From contig CAYSQM010000005.1 of NCBI GenBank assembly GCA_964433415.1, forward strand, positions 10,449-74,448: a DNA stretch of 64,000 nucleotides, given 5' to 3'. The stretch is from an uncultured Pseudomonadota bacterium (GTDB lineage Bacteria > Babelota > Babeliae > Babelales > CAIQNR01). The notes beneath the pieces were generated by a model. The model was given only the letters and a program-made list of their open reading frames with translations, did not search any database and was not told the DNA's origin. The stretch's first letter is position 1, and the number at the start of each line of letters is the position of its first letter. Shown in pieces: positions 8,770 through 18,390 of the stretch. Position numbers and translations under genes: made by a program.

Positions 8770-10377
8770 ATGGAGAATCATCTTATGAAATTAAAATATC
8801 TTTCACTTATATGTAGTATTGGGTTTTTTAATATTTATGTGCACGCTGCAGAATTAGCTCATCTTTCAGATGAGCAATTTGAAATGCGATTAAAACTATT
8901 TGCTCAGGAATGTGGAGTTGAAGTGTCAATTTCAGATGAGGATTTTAAAGAGGTTCAGCTGGAAATGATTGATCTCTCATTAAAACAAAAATTTAATACT
9001 AAATATACTAAAAGCAAAAAAAACAAAAAAAAATCATATAAAACAGTAAGGCCGGATAATTTTGATCAAGATTTGTATTTTTTGGTCAGAATAAAAATAG
9101 ATCAATTAAATCAAGAAAATATTTTAGATATTAAAGATAAATTAGAAGCTCGTATTAAATCGGCAGATGCTGTTTTAATAGCAGGCAATCGTTTGCCTCA
9201 AGATGTTTTACTTCATTTAAAAACTATTAATAAGCTTTTAGATGAAATAAAAGTGCGGTGTGCTTTGTTTGAAAAAGAAGAAAAGAGGGCAAAGCAACAA
9301 GAGCGAGAATTCTCTGAAAAAATTAAAAAATGGACTCTAATATTAAATTCTATAGTTGATTCTATGAGAAGTGTATTACAAGAAAAAAAAGAGATTGTAT
9401 TATATAAAGGTATTGAAAAGGCAAATAAATTATTATTAAAAAATTTAAAAAAATCTAAAGATTTAATGAGCAGATTTATTTCCTTACAGTCAAAAATTCC
9501 CGCAATTATTGAATTGCAAAATAGTGATGTTAAAGAATTAATCAAAGAATTCAGTCTTGATTATGAAAAACTTGATTCTATGTTTAATCCTACCTTGCAA
9601 ACAATAGATAATATGAAAGAGTTTATAAATATTTTACATGATGTTAATTCACTTGTTTTACAGTATCAAAAAGAGAGTTTATTTTATTTTTCTGATTCTA
9701 ACAATATATCTATTGAAGATGTGAAACTGTTTAATAGTCAAATAAAAAATAATATTGTTTTTTTAGATAAAAAAATTGATAAATTAAAACTTAAATTAAG
9801 TAAATTAAGTTTTACTGACTTTAATAGAAAAAATATTGAAAAAATTATTTTGGGTATTGAAAATACGCGAGATATAATTGAATATTATTTGAATGTTGAA
9901 ATTAAAAAGAAATATTTTAAAGAAAATTCAGAATGTTGTTTTGATTGTTTTTTGCGAGATGAATTCAAGATTGGAAGGGGTGGAATTAAATCATTTAAAG
10001 AATCAGTGGCTAAATATTTGAATTATGATCCTTATTTTGAAATCAGCGAAAATTTTTTAAAGGAAAATAAATATCTTGCTCAAGATATATATTGTATGAT
10101 TTTGAAAAAAATTAAATTTTTTAATAAATTGATTTCAAAATCAATTATTAGAGAAGTATCAGTCGAAAAAGATAAGAAGTCTTTTGATGATGATGATCAT
10201 TTACTAGATAATGTTGATGAGTCTTTTGAAAAGGTTGAGTTTGAAAAAGAGAGTCAGCACTCTACTAATAGTGATGACAGAGCTCATGAATTTTATGAAG
10301 ATTTAAAATGCGGATCAGATCATGATAATTTTGGTGATAATTTAGGTGAAGAATTCCCTGAATTTACAGAATTTTAA
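8770..10377 (+). CDS. hypothetical secreted K/E/N-rich protein with acidic C-terminal tail
   Basis: 535 aa. The N-terminus is hydrophobic (LKYLSLICSIGFFNIYVHA) and the composition is very AT-biased. A strong terminator lies downstream. The start could instead be the Met at 8785. Confidence 0.55.
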   Translation: MENHLMKLKYLSLICSIGFFNIYVHAAELAHLSDEQFEMRLKLFAQECGVEVSISDEDFKEVQLEMIDLSLKQKFNTKYTKSKKNKKKSYKTVRPDNFDQDLYFLVRIKIDQLNQENILDIKDKLEARIKSADAVLIAGNRLPQDVLLHLKTINKLLDEIKVRCALFEKEEKRAKQQEREFSEKIKKWTLILNSIVDSMRSVLQEKKEIVLYKGIEKANKLLLKNLKKSKDLMSRFISLQSKIPAIIELQNSDVKELIKEFSLDYEKLDSMFNPTLQTIDNMKEFINILHDVNSLVLQYQKESLFYFSDSNNISIEDVKLFNSQIKNNIVFLDKKIDKLKLKLSKLSFTDFNRKNIEKIILGIENTRDIIEYYLNVEIKKKYFKENSECCFDCFLRDEFKIGRGGIKSFKESVAKYLNYDPYFEISENFLKENKYLAQDIYCMILKKIKFFNKLISKSIIREVSVEKDKKSFDDDDHLLDNVDESFEKVEFEKESQHSTNSDDRAHEFYEDLKCGSDHDNFGDNLGEEFPEFTEF

Positions 10378-10501
10378 CCTATTGACTGGTCAAGCATTCC
10401 GAATTTTGTTGAAGAAATTGATTAAGAAAGAAGTGGATCTAATGATGAAGAGATAGCTTAAATTTTTTTTATCCTGACATCTTTTAAAGATTAATTAAAA
10501 A

Positions 10502-10548
10502 AGCATTGTTTTAACGTAATTATTACTAAAAAAACAATGCTTTTTTTT
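10502..10548 (+). terminator. rho-independent terminator
   Basis: The arms AGCATTGTTTT / AAAACAATGCT form a hairpin followed by a T8 run. Confidence 0.7.
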
Positions 10549-10653
10549 GTAATTAATTTTTAAGACATTGAGATTTCTTTTGTGATTATGGTAAAAAAAA
10601 TAATAAAAGAAATATTATTGAGTTGTATTAAGTCAAGTAAGCAGGGGACGAGG

Positions 10654-13600
10654 ATGAATAATGGGCAATTGTTAAGACCAATTTTATTTGGTTTTTTTTT
10701 ATTATTAATAAGTATTTCAAAAGAAATTATAGCGCCACCTTCTTCTGGGCATACTACTCATACTATTCCAACTGGCGGTGGAGGTGGTTCTACTAATCCT
10801 CCAATAGTGCCTGCTTCACAAGCAACTGGCATTTATGCTGAACCAAGTTACATAACATCTGCAACGCAAATGGGTCAATTGTTAACTATTATTACTCAGT
10901 ATATAAATAATAGCCTTGGTCAAATAAATACCACTTATTCTATTCCAGCAAATGGGGTTACTGTGCAGTATGGGTATTTACCAATAAGAGCTCAAGAAGT
11001 TCCATTACAGACAGTTTTTCAGAATTTTTACAATCAGATTTTTAGCGGAACGGCTCTTCCTTCAACATCTGCCCCAGCAGTTTCTTATCCATCAATTTTT
11101 AATAATTTATTATCATTATTTCAAAGTCAAAGTGGCGGTGATGATTTTGGTTTAATATTTGTTCCAGCAGGTGGATTATACACAGGGCCATTAGATCTAT
11201 TTAATAATGTACAAAGTGAAATAGTTAAATATGTTGACCTAGCAACAAAAAATATTACAGAACTAAATTATGCAACAGATGATGCAATTAATTTTGTAGG
11301 AAATGGTAGTTTTTTTTCAACTACGCCAACAAGTACAGTAGTTGGGCCAAATCAAGCATCTAATTCGTTAACCTGTCCTAATGCAGCGACAGGAACACAA
11401 CAATCATGTGTGCCATTACCTACGCCACCATTACCCGATTCATATGTTGCACAATTAAATAACTTTGTTAATGGACAATTATTTACCCCATTAAGTACTG
11501 CGTTTACTACATTTCAAAGTAGCCAAAGTGCTTCATCTTCAACAATAAGCGCTACTGTTGCACAACAAAATTATACTAATGCTTATAATAATTATTTATA
11601 TCAAGTTAGTAATCTTCTTGCTAATTGGGGATATGGGGTTATTAATCAACTTGCATCAATTTATAATCCACAAATATATTTAAGTGGCGCATCTAGTGTA
11701 CATAACCCAAATGCTGATTATTTAGGTATTCCAAACTGTGCATTATTAGATAATTATGGAGCACTTACTATAACAGCAGTGAATCAACTTGCATTGGCTG
11801 CACAGTCTTTGAATTTAAGTGCAGTAGTTAAAGACATATCGTTTCAGGGTACATTAACTTCTTCAGCTACAGGGTTATCTTCTAGTGGCCAAAATTTTGT
11901 GGTGCAGTTAGATGATATGATTTATACTAATCTTGCTCAAATAGCAGGTTATGCAGCTTTTAGAAGTCTTGAATTGGCTGGACAATATTCAAATGGTAGA
12001 GCAATTCCGCCAACAGTTTCTTCAAATGGGTCTCCAACTATAGTACAAAATAGTACTAGTGCTATTAATCCGCAACAGGCCGCGCAAAATCTTTCGTCTA
12101 CGGGGGCTTTAGAATTACAAAATAAGACCGTTACTCAAGCTCCTCCATCAGTAGATCCGTCAGTTATAGCACAAGCAGTTTTAGAATCAGTAATGGATGC
12201 TTATCAATATTTTTCCTTAGCTTCTAAGTATTATACAGTTATTAATAATACATTAATGGGGCAATTTTATGCTTCAAAATCGAATAGTCTTCAGACTTTA
12301 TTGTCTACTTGGATGGTAGGAATTCAAGCTATCAGTAATGCACCAAGCCCAAGTTCAAGCGCTGCTGCTTTGGAATCGTATATGGCTGATTTTAGGAGTG
12401 CGCAATCTAATTTTAATACGACCGCTGAACTTTTTAATCAAATTGGTCAATCAAGTTTAGGATTATATCTTCAAAGAATGTCAGCTCAAGCTGGTATTAT
12501 TGAATATCAAGAAGTATTGAATGCAACTGTAATAGAGTATGCACCTTATATAAGTAGTTTGGGTGGTTATATCAACTATGCCAATGCAGAACCAATAGTA
12601 TCAACAGATCAATGGGTATCTAATGTATCAAATGCATCACAGCAAGAAACAACTTTTGAAACAGTAATGAGTTATATTCAACAGCAAGTTGCAGGTGCTC
12701 AAGCTGTCTATTCAGAAGAATTAAGCTTTTATGATTCTTTAGGTGTTAACGCCACAGCAAATGATAAACAAGTTGCAGCAGATTTATTAGCAACAACTGA
12801 AATTTTTGAAAATCTTTCTTCCGGTCTATCAATTCTTGGTTATTTGACTGACCTGCTAGGTACTAATTATGCTACAGCAACTAGTTTTCCTTCTGTGCTT
12901 GATACTATTATTTCATCAGAAAGTTTATTTATTCAGGCGCTTAATCAATTACAAAAAGCTGATACATTAATTGCTCAAGCAACTCCTGGTGTTCTTTCTT
13001 ATGTTCAGATTCAAAATATTTTTGCAAATCAAGATTCAGGCATTTATAGTTTAAGTACTAGTGATGGATTACCTTTAATAACTACTTTTTATAATTTAGC
13101 TTATTTGCATAGAGCGCGTCTTTGCTATCATGCTGGGCAAATTCTTGCAGCAGCGCAAGAGCCCTTAGCATTATATCTTTTTTGGGTTTCTTTTACTTTG
13201 TATGAAGAGCTTAGCTTAAATGATCCTAATGCCCAAAATTCACCTTATAGTTGGGCATATAATAATCAAAGTAAAGTTTATAATAATACTATTGCTCCTT
13301 ATATGAATGAAAATCTAAATCTTTCTAGTTCTTTATATTCACAGGCGCAAGCTTTATCTAGTTCTTTACAAACAGCACAGAATAGTACGTCTAATTCGCC
13401 TCTTAGCGCTCTAGACATTTCTCTTATGTATCAAAAAATTATGAAACTATACTTTACTTTATTTGTAGCAGAAAGTGATCCTAATGCATTTACTGCTTTT
13501 GTTAATGATGCAAATTCTGCAATTAGTTGGTATCAAAGTTCAATTGGTCAAACCGTTCCTTATGCGAATTTACAGTTAGCTATGATTTATTATCAGCTTT

Positions 13601-16600
13601 ATTTAATAACTTATTCTAATAATCAGACATTAGATGCTACATCTTTTTCTAATGCACAAGCAGCATTAGTTTCTTTTAAAACAGACAATCAAATTATGCC
13701 AGGTTCTTCTAGCACACCAATAATTATTCCTACTGAACCAACAGAAGCTCAATTTAATCAATTGTCGACTACGTTAGAATTGCAAGCGAATGCTCTTTTA
13801 GCAATTGAACAGGCTAAAATTAGTCAAGCATTGTTAGAAGCATATTATTATTTGACGCCTGGCACAGTACAAGAATTAGATTTTTCTCTATTAAATGTTA
13901 ATTTTTCAGAGCAATTAGGGACTCTTTATTATAATTATGCAAGCTCATTGTTAGCTTCAGCTAAGACTAATTTTAATGCTGGGCAATCTTATAATAATAC
14001 TACTAATAATGAGACCTATAGTACTATAATAAGTACTTATCAACAAGCAGCTCAATACTTTAATCAGGCTGGTATGGCAGCTCAATCATTACAAGCTCAG
14101 CAGGGAATAAGTAGTGCTGTAGCATGGGAAATTTATTCTTGGATTATTCCTCTACGTATGTGTAATCTTGCAACTATCACAAATGATCCGACTTCGTTAG
14201 GGGTAATTCCTTCTACCTGGTGTCAGACTGATACTCAGTTAATTCAATCTTATACTGCCAATCCTACGTGGCCAGATTATGTTTTAAATTATTCAGAAAC
14301 ATTAATTCCCTCTTCTTTAATAAGTGCTGCTCAGCCATATCTTAATAAGACAGTTACTACAACCGATATATTGACTAATTTAGTAATTCCTCTTAAAGAA
14401 TATATTTATAATCAAGCACTTCAATTATCAGGGAAAGTTGTTAATTTGCAGCCATTCCTCACTCAGGATCAAATATTTGCAACTGCTCTTTTGCAGGGTT
14501 CAGTTAAAGCAAGTGCTGGAACGGTACCATTAATAAGTTCTTATTCTGTAATTACTAAAATTGACCCTATTACTAACGCTATTGATTATTATTTGATAGG
14601 GAATAATACCCCATTATCATCTATGCCGCGGTTTGCTGGAGAAATAGAAACTGCTTTTTATTATTATTCACAAGGAGCATTACCTATTTTTGAACCAGGT
14701 ACTCAGCCAGTAAATGTATCAGGTCAATTATTACTTCCAGCGCCAGATGAAACAGGAGTTGTATCAATTAATGCGGCATTATTTAATGTTAATTATTTAG
14801 CTGTATTGTCATGTCAGTCACAATTAAATCAATTATTAGTTAATCCTACTTATACAGCGCTTACTCAATTAACTCCACAGCAATTATTGACTATGACAAG
14901 TTCAGAAAATGTTTCGATGCTTACTACATATAATAATTTTTATAATAATCAGTTGAATTCTGTACTAATTGATTTATTGGCTAATTATCAAAATACTGTT
15001 TGTTTTGCAAAAACAATTACGAGTCAACCTTCATTGGCAACATTTATGCAAACTCAGGAAGTAAAGGCTTTTATTCAGTGGATTTCAATAGGAAAACAGT
15101 TTTTATTTGGTGATCCAACTGCATCAGATAATATGTATAAGTTTTATTTGAGTCCATTATTGAATTGTAAAGATGAAGCTTTGGCTTTGTTTTTAAATGG
15201 TGGTGTTATTGAAAGTGAGGCATTATCTTTAAATAATCAATTGATTTCACTTATAGGAGGTGTTTTAGAAAATACAGGAGATATTTTAGTAACTATTTCA
15301 ACAACATTTCCTACAGTAAATTATCCAACTTCAACATCTATATATCCTATAATTCCTAGCGGGTTTGGCTCTTTGAAAAAATGGCAAGACGCTATAAATT
15401 ATTATTCTGTAGCCCTTAGTGAATATACAGCAAATTATCAATTAACCGCAGGAACCATTCCTACTTATGGTGCGCCAAGTGTATCATTTGCTAATGATAC
15501 GGCTTTAAGGTTGCATGGTAAATTGTCATTAGCAACTTATAATGATGCAATTTATCGTTTGGCAATATTTGGAAATAATGCATTTCAGGAATGTAAGTGT
15601 AAACTTTATTCAGGTCCTTTAGCTATAACGACTCCTGCAACATCTACAACTGCTTCAGTTACAACGACTACAAATGTAAGTAATGTATTTGAAACAGTAG
15701 CTATGGCTCAAATTGTTGAGTTGAACTCTTTATGGCATCAAAATCTTGATTTAGCAATTAATAGTAGTACAAGTCCAGTTAGTCAAGGCAATATTGTTTG
15801 TAATTCTGTTAATGGGTATCCTTTGTCAACATCTTTATTTTCAGGAATAACATTTTCAACAAATATTTATGGATCATATCAAGGAGTTGCGGTTCAGTTT
15901 ACTCCATTAATGATACAATTTTTAGCAGCTGCTAGTTCTCAGTGTTCTACAGAAACTTTTAATGCTGGTCCAGGTTCTTTAACTTGTTTGCCAAATGCTG
16001 TTCAAGCTGGAAATTGTTTGCAAAATCAATATCTTTTGCAAGCAATTTCATCATTATCATTATTAGCAAGTCCAGGGGATTCGAGTAATCCTGCTCCCTT
16101 ACAAAGTATTCAAAATCTTATGGATTTAGCTAACAAAAATATAGAAACTTATAATGCGGTTAATGTTTATTTATGTGGATCTTTCACCCAAGATGCAACA
16201 ACAGAGGCAATTACTATTTCTCAATCTGGTGTTTTTAATTCAAATCCTGGTTTTTCAACAAATGATCAAATTATTGCCGCAGGGTTAACTACTAACCCTG
16301 TTCCATTAATTTATCCTGCATTGTCAATTTTTGAAAATGTTGAAACTGCTAATGGATCTAATCAATCGACAGAAAAGATTTTACCTATAGTTTTCGGCTC
16401 TCAACTTAATCCTGGGCCTACAACTCAGTCTTTACAAGGGGGAGGGAATATTTTATCTAATGGGGCAACTTTATATACTTCAACAATAGAGTATTGGAGC
16501 TCTTTATTACGATTTTTAGGAGATTTGCAGGCACCAATAAATTTATGGTTTGGAAATCCTTATGCAGAAAATTTTACACCAATAGATCCAGCGACTTTTT

Positions 16601-16758
16601 TTTCATGGGTAAATGGTCTTAATATTATAGCCCAAAATGTATATGGGAACGTTTATTTACCTTTATATTCAGGGACAGACCTTTATCAACAGATTAATAT
16701 AGCGTTGTCTCAGCTATCACAAAATAATAACTCAAATGCTAATCAATATGTTGGATAA
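10654..16758 (+). CDS. giant secreted/surface protein (about 2,035 aa), N/Q/S/T/A/Y-rich, no recognisable domain
   Basis: This is an uninterrupted 6.1-kb ORF. The preferred start is ATG 10654 (RBS AGGGGACGAGG), giving MNNGQLLRPILFGFFLLLISISKEIIAPP, which looks like a signal peptide. A G-rich linker (TGGGGGSTNPP) follows. The body has very few charged residues. Confidence 0.8.
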   Translation: MNNGQLLRPILFGFFLLLISISKEIIAPPSSGHTTHTIPTGGGGGSTNPPIVPASQATGIYAEPSYITSATQMGQLLTIITQYINNSLGQINTTYSIPANGVTVQYGYLPIRAQEVPLQTVFQNFYNQIFSGTALPSTSAPAVSYPSIFNNLLSLFQSQSGGDDFGLIFVPAGGLYTGPLDLFNNVQSEIVKYVDLATKNITELNYATDDAINFVGNGSFFSTTPTSTVVGPNQASNSLTCPNAATGTQQSCVPLPTPPLPDSYVAQLNNFVNGQLFTPLSTAFTTFQSSQSASSSTISATVAQQNYTNAYNNYLYQVSNLLANWGYGVINQLASIYNPQIYLSGASSVHNPNADYLGIPNCALLDNYGALTITAVNQLALAAQSLNLSAVVKDISFQGTLTSSATGLSSSGQNFVVQLDDMIYTNLAQIAGYAAFRSLELAGQYSNGRAIPPTVSSNGSPTIVQNSTSAINPQQAAQNLSSTGALELQNKTVTQAPPSVDPSVIAQAVLESVMDAYQYFSLASKYYTVINNTLMGQFYASKSNSLQTLLSTWMVGIQAISNAPSPSSSAAALESYMADFRSAQSNFNTTAELFNQIGQSSLGLYLQRMSAQAGIIEYQEVLNATVIEYAPYISSLGGYINYANAEPIVSTDQWVSNVSNASQQETTFETVMSYIQQQVAGAQAVYSEELSFYDSLGVNATANDKQVAADLLATTEIFENLSSGLSILGYLTDLLGTNYATATSFPSVLDTIISSESLFIQALNQLQKADTLIAQATPGVLSYVQIQNIFANQDSGIYSLSTSDGLPLITTFYNLAYLHRARLCYHAGQILAAAQEPLALYLFWVSFTLYEELSLNDPNAQNSPYSWAYNNQSKVYNNTIAPYMNENLNLSSSLYSQAQALSSSLQTAQNSTSNSPLSALDISLMYQKIMKLYFTLFVAESDPNAFTAFVNDANSAISWYQSSIGQTVPYANLQLAMIYYQLYLITYSNNQTLDATSFSNAQAALVSFKTDNQIMPGSSSTPIIIPTEPTEAQFNQLSTTLELQANALLAIEQAKISQALLEAYYYLTPGTVQELDFSLLNVNFSEQLGTLYYNYASSLLASAKTNFNAGQSYNNTTNNETYSTIISTYQQAAQYFNQAGMAAQSLQAQQGISSAVAWEIYSWIIPLRMCNLATITNDPTSLGVIPSTWCQTDTQLIQSYTANPTWPDYVLNYSETLIPSSLISAAQPYLNKTVTTTDILTNLVIPLKEYIYNQALQLSGKVVNLQPFLTQDQIFATALLQGSVKASAGTVPLISSYSVITKIDPITNAIDYYLIGNNTPLSSMPRFAGEIETAFYYYSQGALPIFEPGTQPVNVSGQLLLPAPDETGVVSINAALFNVNYLAVLSCQSQLNQLLVNPTYTALTQLTPQQLLTMTSSENVSMLTTYNNFYNNQLNSVLIDLLANYQNTVCFAKTITSQPSLATFMQTQEVKAFIQWISIGKQFLFGDPTASDNMYKFYLSPLLNCKDEALALFLNGGVIESEALSLNNQLISLIGGVLENTGDILVTISTTFPTVNYPTSTSIYPIIPSGFGSLKKWQDAINYYSVALSEYTANYQLTAGTIPTYGAPSVSFANDTALRLHGKLSLATYNDAIYRLAIFGNNAFQECKCKLYSGPLAITTPATSTTASVTTTTNVSNVFETVAMAQIVELNSLWHQNLDLAINSSTSPVSQGNIVCNSVNGYPLSTSLFSGITFSTNIYGSYQGVAVQFTPLMIQFLAAASSQCSTETFNAGPGSLTCLPNAVQAGNCLQNQYLLQAISSLSLLASPGDSSNPAPLQSIQNLMDLANKNIETYNAVNVYLCGSFTQDATTEAITISQSGVFNSNPGFSTNDQIIAAGLTTNPVPLIYPALSIFENVETANGSNQSTEKILPIVFGSQLNPGPTTQSLQGGGNILSNGATLYTSTIEYWSSLLRFLGDLQAPINLWFGNPYAENFTPIDPATFFSWVNGLNIIAQNVYGNVYLPLYSGTDLYQQINIALSQLSQNNNSNANQYVG

Positions 16759-16835
16759 ATAAACTACAAGATAAGTACGATAAGTTTGAAAGTTTATTTT
16801 GAGGTGCAAAAATGTTTAATTTTCTTAAATGATAG

Positions 16836-17462
16836 TTAGATGTTTTTGCACTTTTCAAAAAAGAATTGAGCTTCTGCTAAAGGGTTTTCATGTTCAGTTA
16901 TTGCTCGTCCAATTATAATTCCATCGGGCTTTAGGTGTAAGATTTGATCAAGTGTTTCGCGAGTAATTTTTGCAGATACAAAAATCGGCAAATCAGTATT
17001 TCCACGAACCATTTCCCAATGCTCAAGAATAGAAAGACCGCCAGATTCATCATGCGCTTGATGAAATAAAAGGGCATCAGCTCCAAGGCTATTTGCTTCA
17101 AGAGCTGCTTGACCAGGTGAATTAGAGTCAATAAGATCTAAAATAACTTTTTTCCCTAAATCATGAGCTTTTGAGCAGGTACCATGGATAACGTTTCGAC
17201 TAGTTCCTCCCATAACAGAAAACCAATCGGCGCCAGCTTGAGAAAAAATACTGGCAACATCTCTACCACGATCTACTACTTTTGTATCAGCAAGAATAGT
17301 TTTGTTCGGAAACTCTTGTCGAAAACGTTCAATTGCATGGCTTCCATGCTTAAAAATAGGAAGGGTTCCTACTTCAAAAATGTCAGCATAATTGATGAGT
17401 TGTTTTGCAATTTTTATCTGTTTTTCTACATCAATTAAATCAAAAGATATTTGAAATTTCAT
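16836..17462 (-). CDS. hxlA: 3-hexulose-6-phosphate synthase / 3-keto-L-gulonate-6-P decarboxylase family (OMPDC superfamily)
   Basis: 208 aa. It aligns by eye to HPS: FDLID..., DIFEVGTLPIFKHG (HPS has ELGTPLIK) and LADTKVVDRG (the DxKxxD motif). The C-terminal GRAIT segment resembles the phosphate-binding segment. Confidence 0.7.
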   Translation of the reverse strand: MKFQISFDLIDVEKQIKIAKQLINYADIFEVGTLPIFKHGSHAIERFRQEFPNKTILADTKVVDRGRDVASIFSQAGADWFSVMGGTSRNVIHGTCSKAHDLGKKVILDLIDSNSPGQAALEANSLGADALLFHQAHDESGGLSILEHWEMVRGNTDLPIFVSAKITRETLDQILHLKPDGIIIGRAITEHENPLAEAQFFFEKCKNI

Positions 17463-17567
17463 ACTCTTCCTCTAAAAAAATAGTGGGGTACCGAATTATT
17501 TGTTTAAAGCTATACCATTTTTTGATCTTGGCAAAATAATTCTTAACGTTTGCTTAAAAAATATTAT

Positions 17568-18215
17568 CTAATCTACTCTAAATACACGGTGAACAGGAGA
17601 AAAAAAGTCATTCATTTGAAGAAAAGTAAGAGCATTTACAGGGCTTGTTATCGTAGATTTTACATAAACTAATGGGAGTACTATTTGTTCTCCATTTTGT
17701 ATAAGAGAGACGCCTTCAGGAAGATAAATTCCTTCAGAATTTGCGTGAATAATTATTGTATTGAGAGGAATGGCTCTATTAGCTGGTAATTCTTTTTTTT
17801 CTACATTCCATAAAACTTTTTTAGTTTTTTGATGGGTGAATTGGCTTATTTGGTAAAATAAAAAAGAACTATTTTTAGGGACTTCCCAATGATGAATAGT
17901 ATTGCCGATATTAAAAACAGGAAGAGGGTCCTTGCATACTAAAATAGTAAAAGAAGGATCAGTTTGTTTTAAAGGGAAAAGAACTTGACCGTTATGGTCA
18001 GAAATTGCTTTATAACCATAATAGGATACAAAAATCCCTGTATTAGATCTAGTAGAAGCGCTTTGATCAGCAGTAACATTTGTAGTATCAGGAGTAGTTT
18101 GTTTTAGTGTAGGATATGGTTGAAAAAAGATGGTTACAACATGTGATGGCGCGCTGTAAAGAGTTATTATGGTAAAGTGTAAAAAAAATACTAAAATTTG
18201 TAATAATTTTTTCAT
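17568..18215 (-). CDS. hypothetical secreted protein
   Basis: The preferred start is at MKKLLQILVFFLHFTIITLYSAP (Met 8 of the track ORF). It has a signal-peptide-like N-terminus and no recognised motif. Confidence 0.55.
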   Translation of the reverse strand: MKKLLQILVFFLHFTIITLYSAPSHVVTIFFQPYPTLKQTTPDTTNVTADQSASTRSNTGIFVSYYGYKAISDHNGQVLFPLKQTDPSFTILVCKDPLPVFNIGNTIHHWEVPKNSSFLFYQISQFTHQKTKKVLWNVEKKELPANRAIPLNTIIIHANSEGIYLPEGVSLIQNGEQIVLPLVYVKSTITSPVNALTFLQMNDFFSPVHRVFRVD

Positions 18216-18390
18216 AGCCTGATCTCCCCCCATCATTTTTATAAAGATTCACCACTCATTCTATATCTTAGAATAACAATAAATGAAAGCATAAAAAAAG
18301 AAAATTAATTATTTATTCTATTCTGGCCTTCAATAATCTATTATTGTTGCTCATTATTGATAAATTATCTACTCTAAAGATCGTTATTTA

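Noticed and set aside
10582-10653. Upstream extension of the giant ORF (MIMVKKIIKEILLSCIKSSKQGTR)
   Set aside because: There is no RBS. ATG 10654 has a good RBS and yields a canonical signal peptide.
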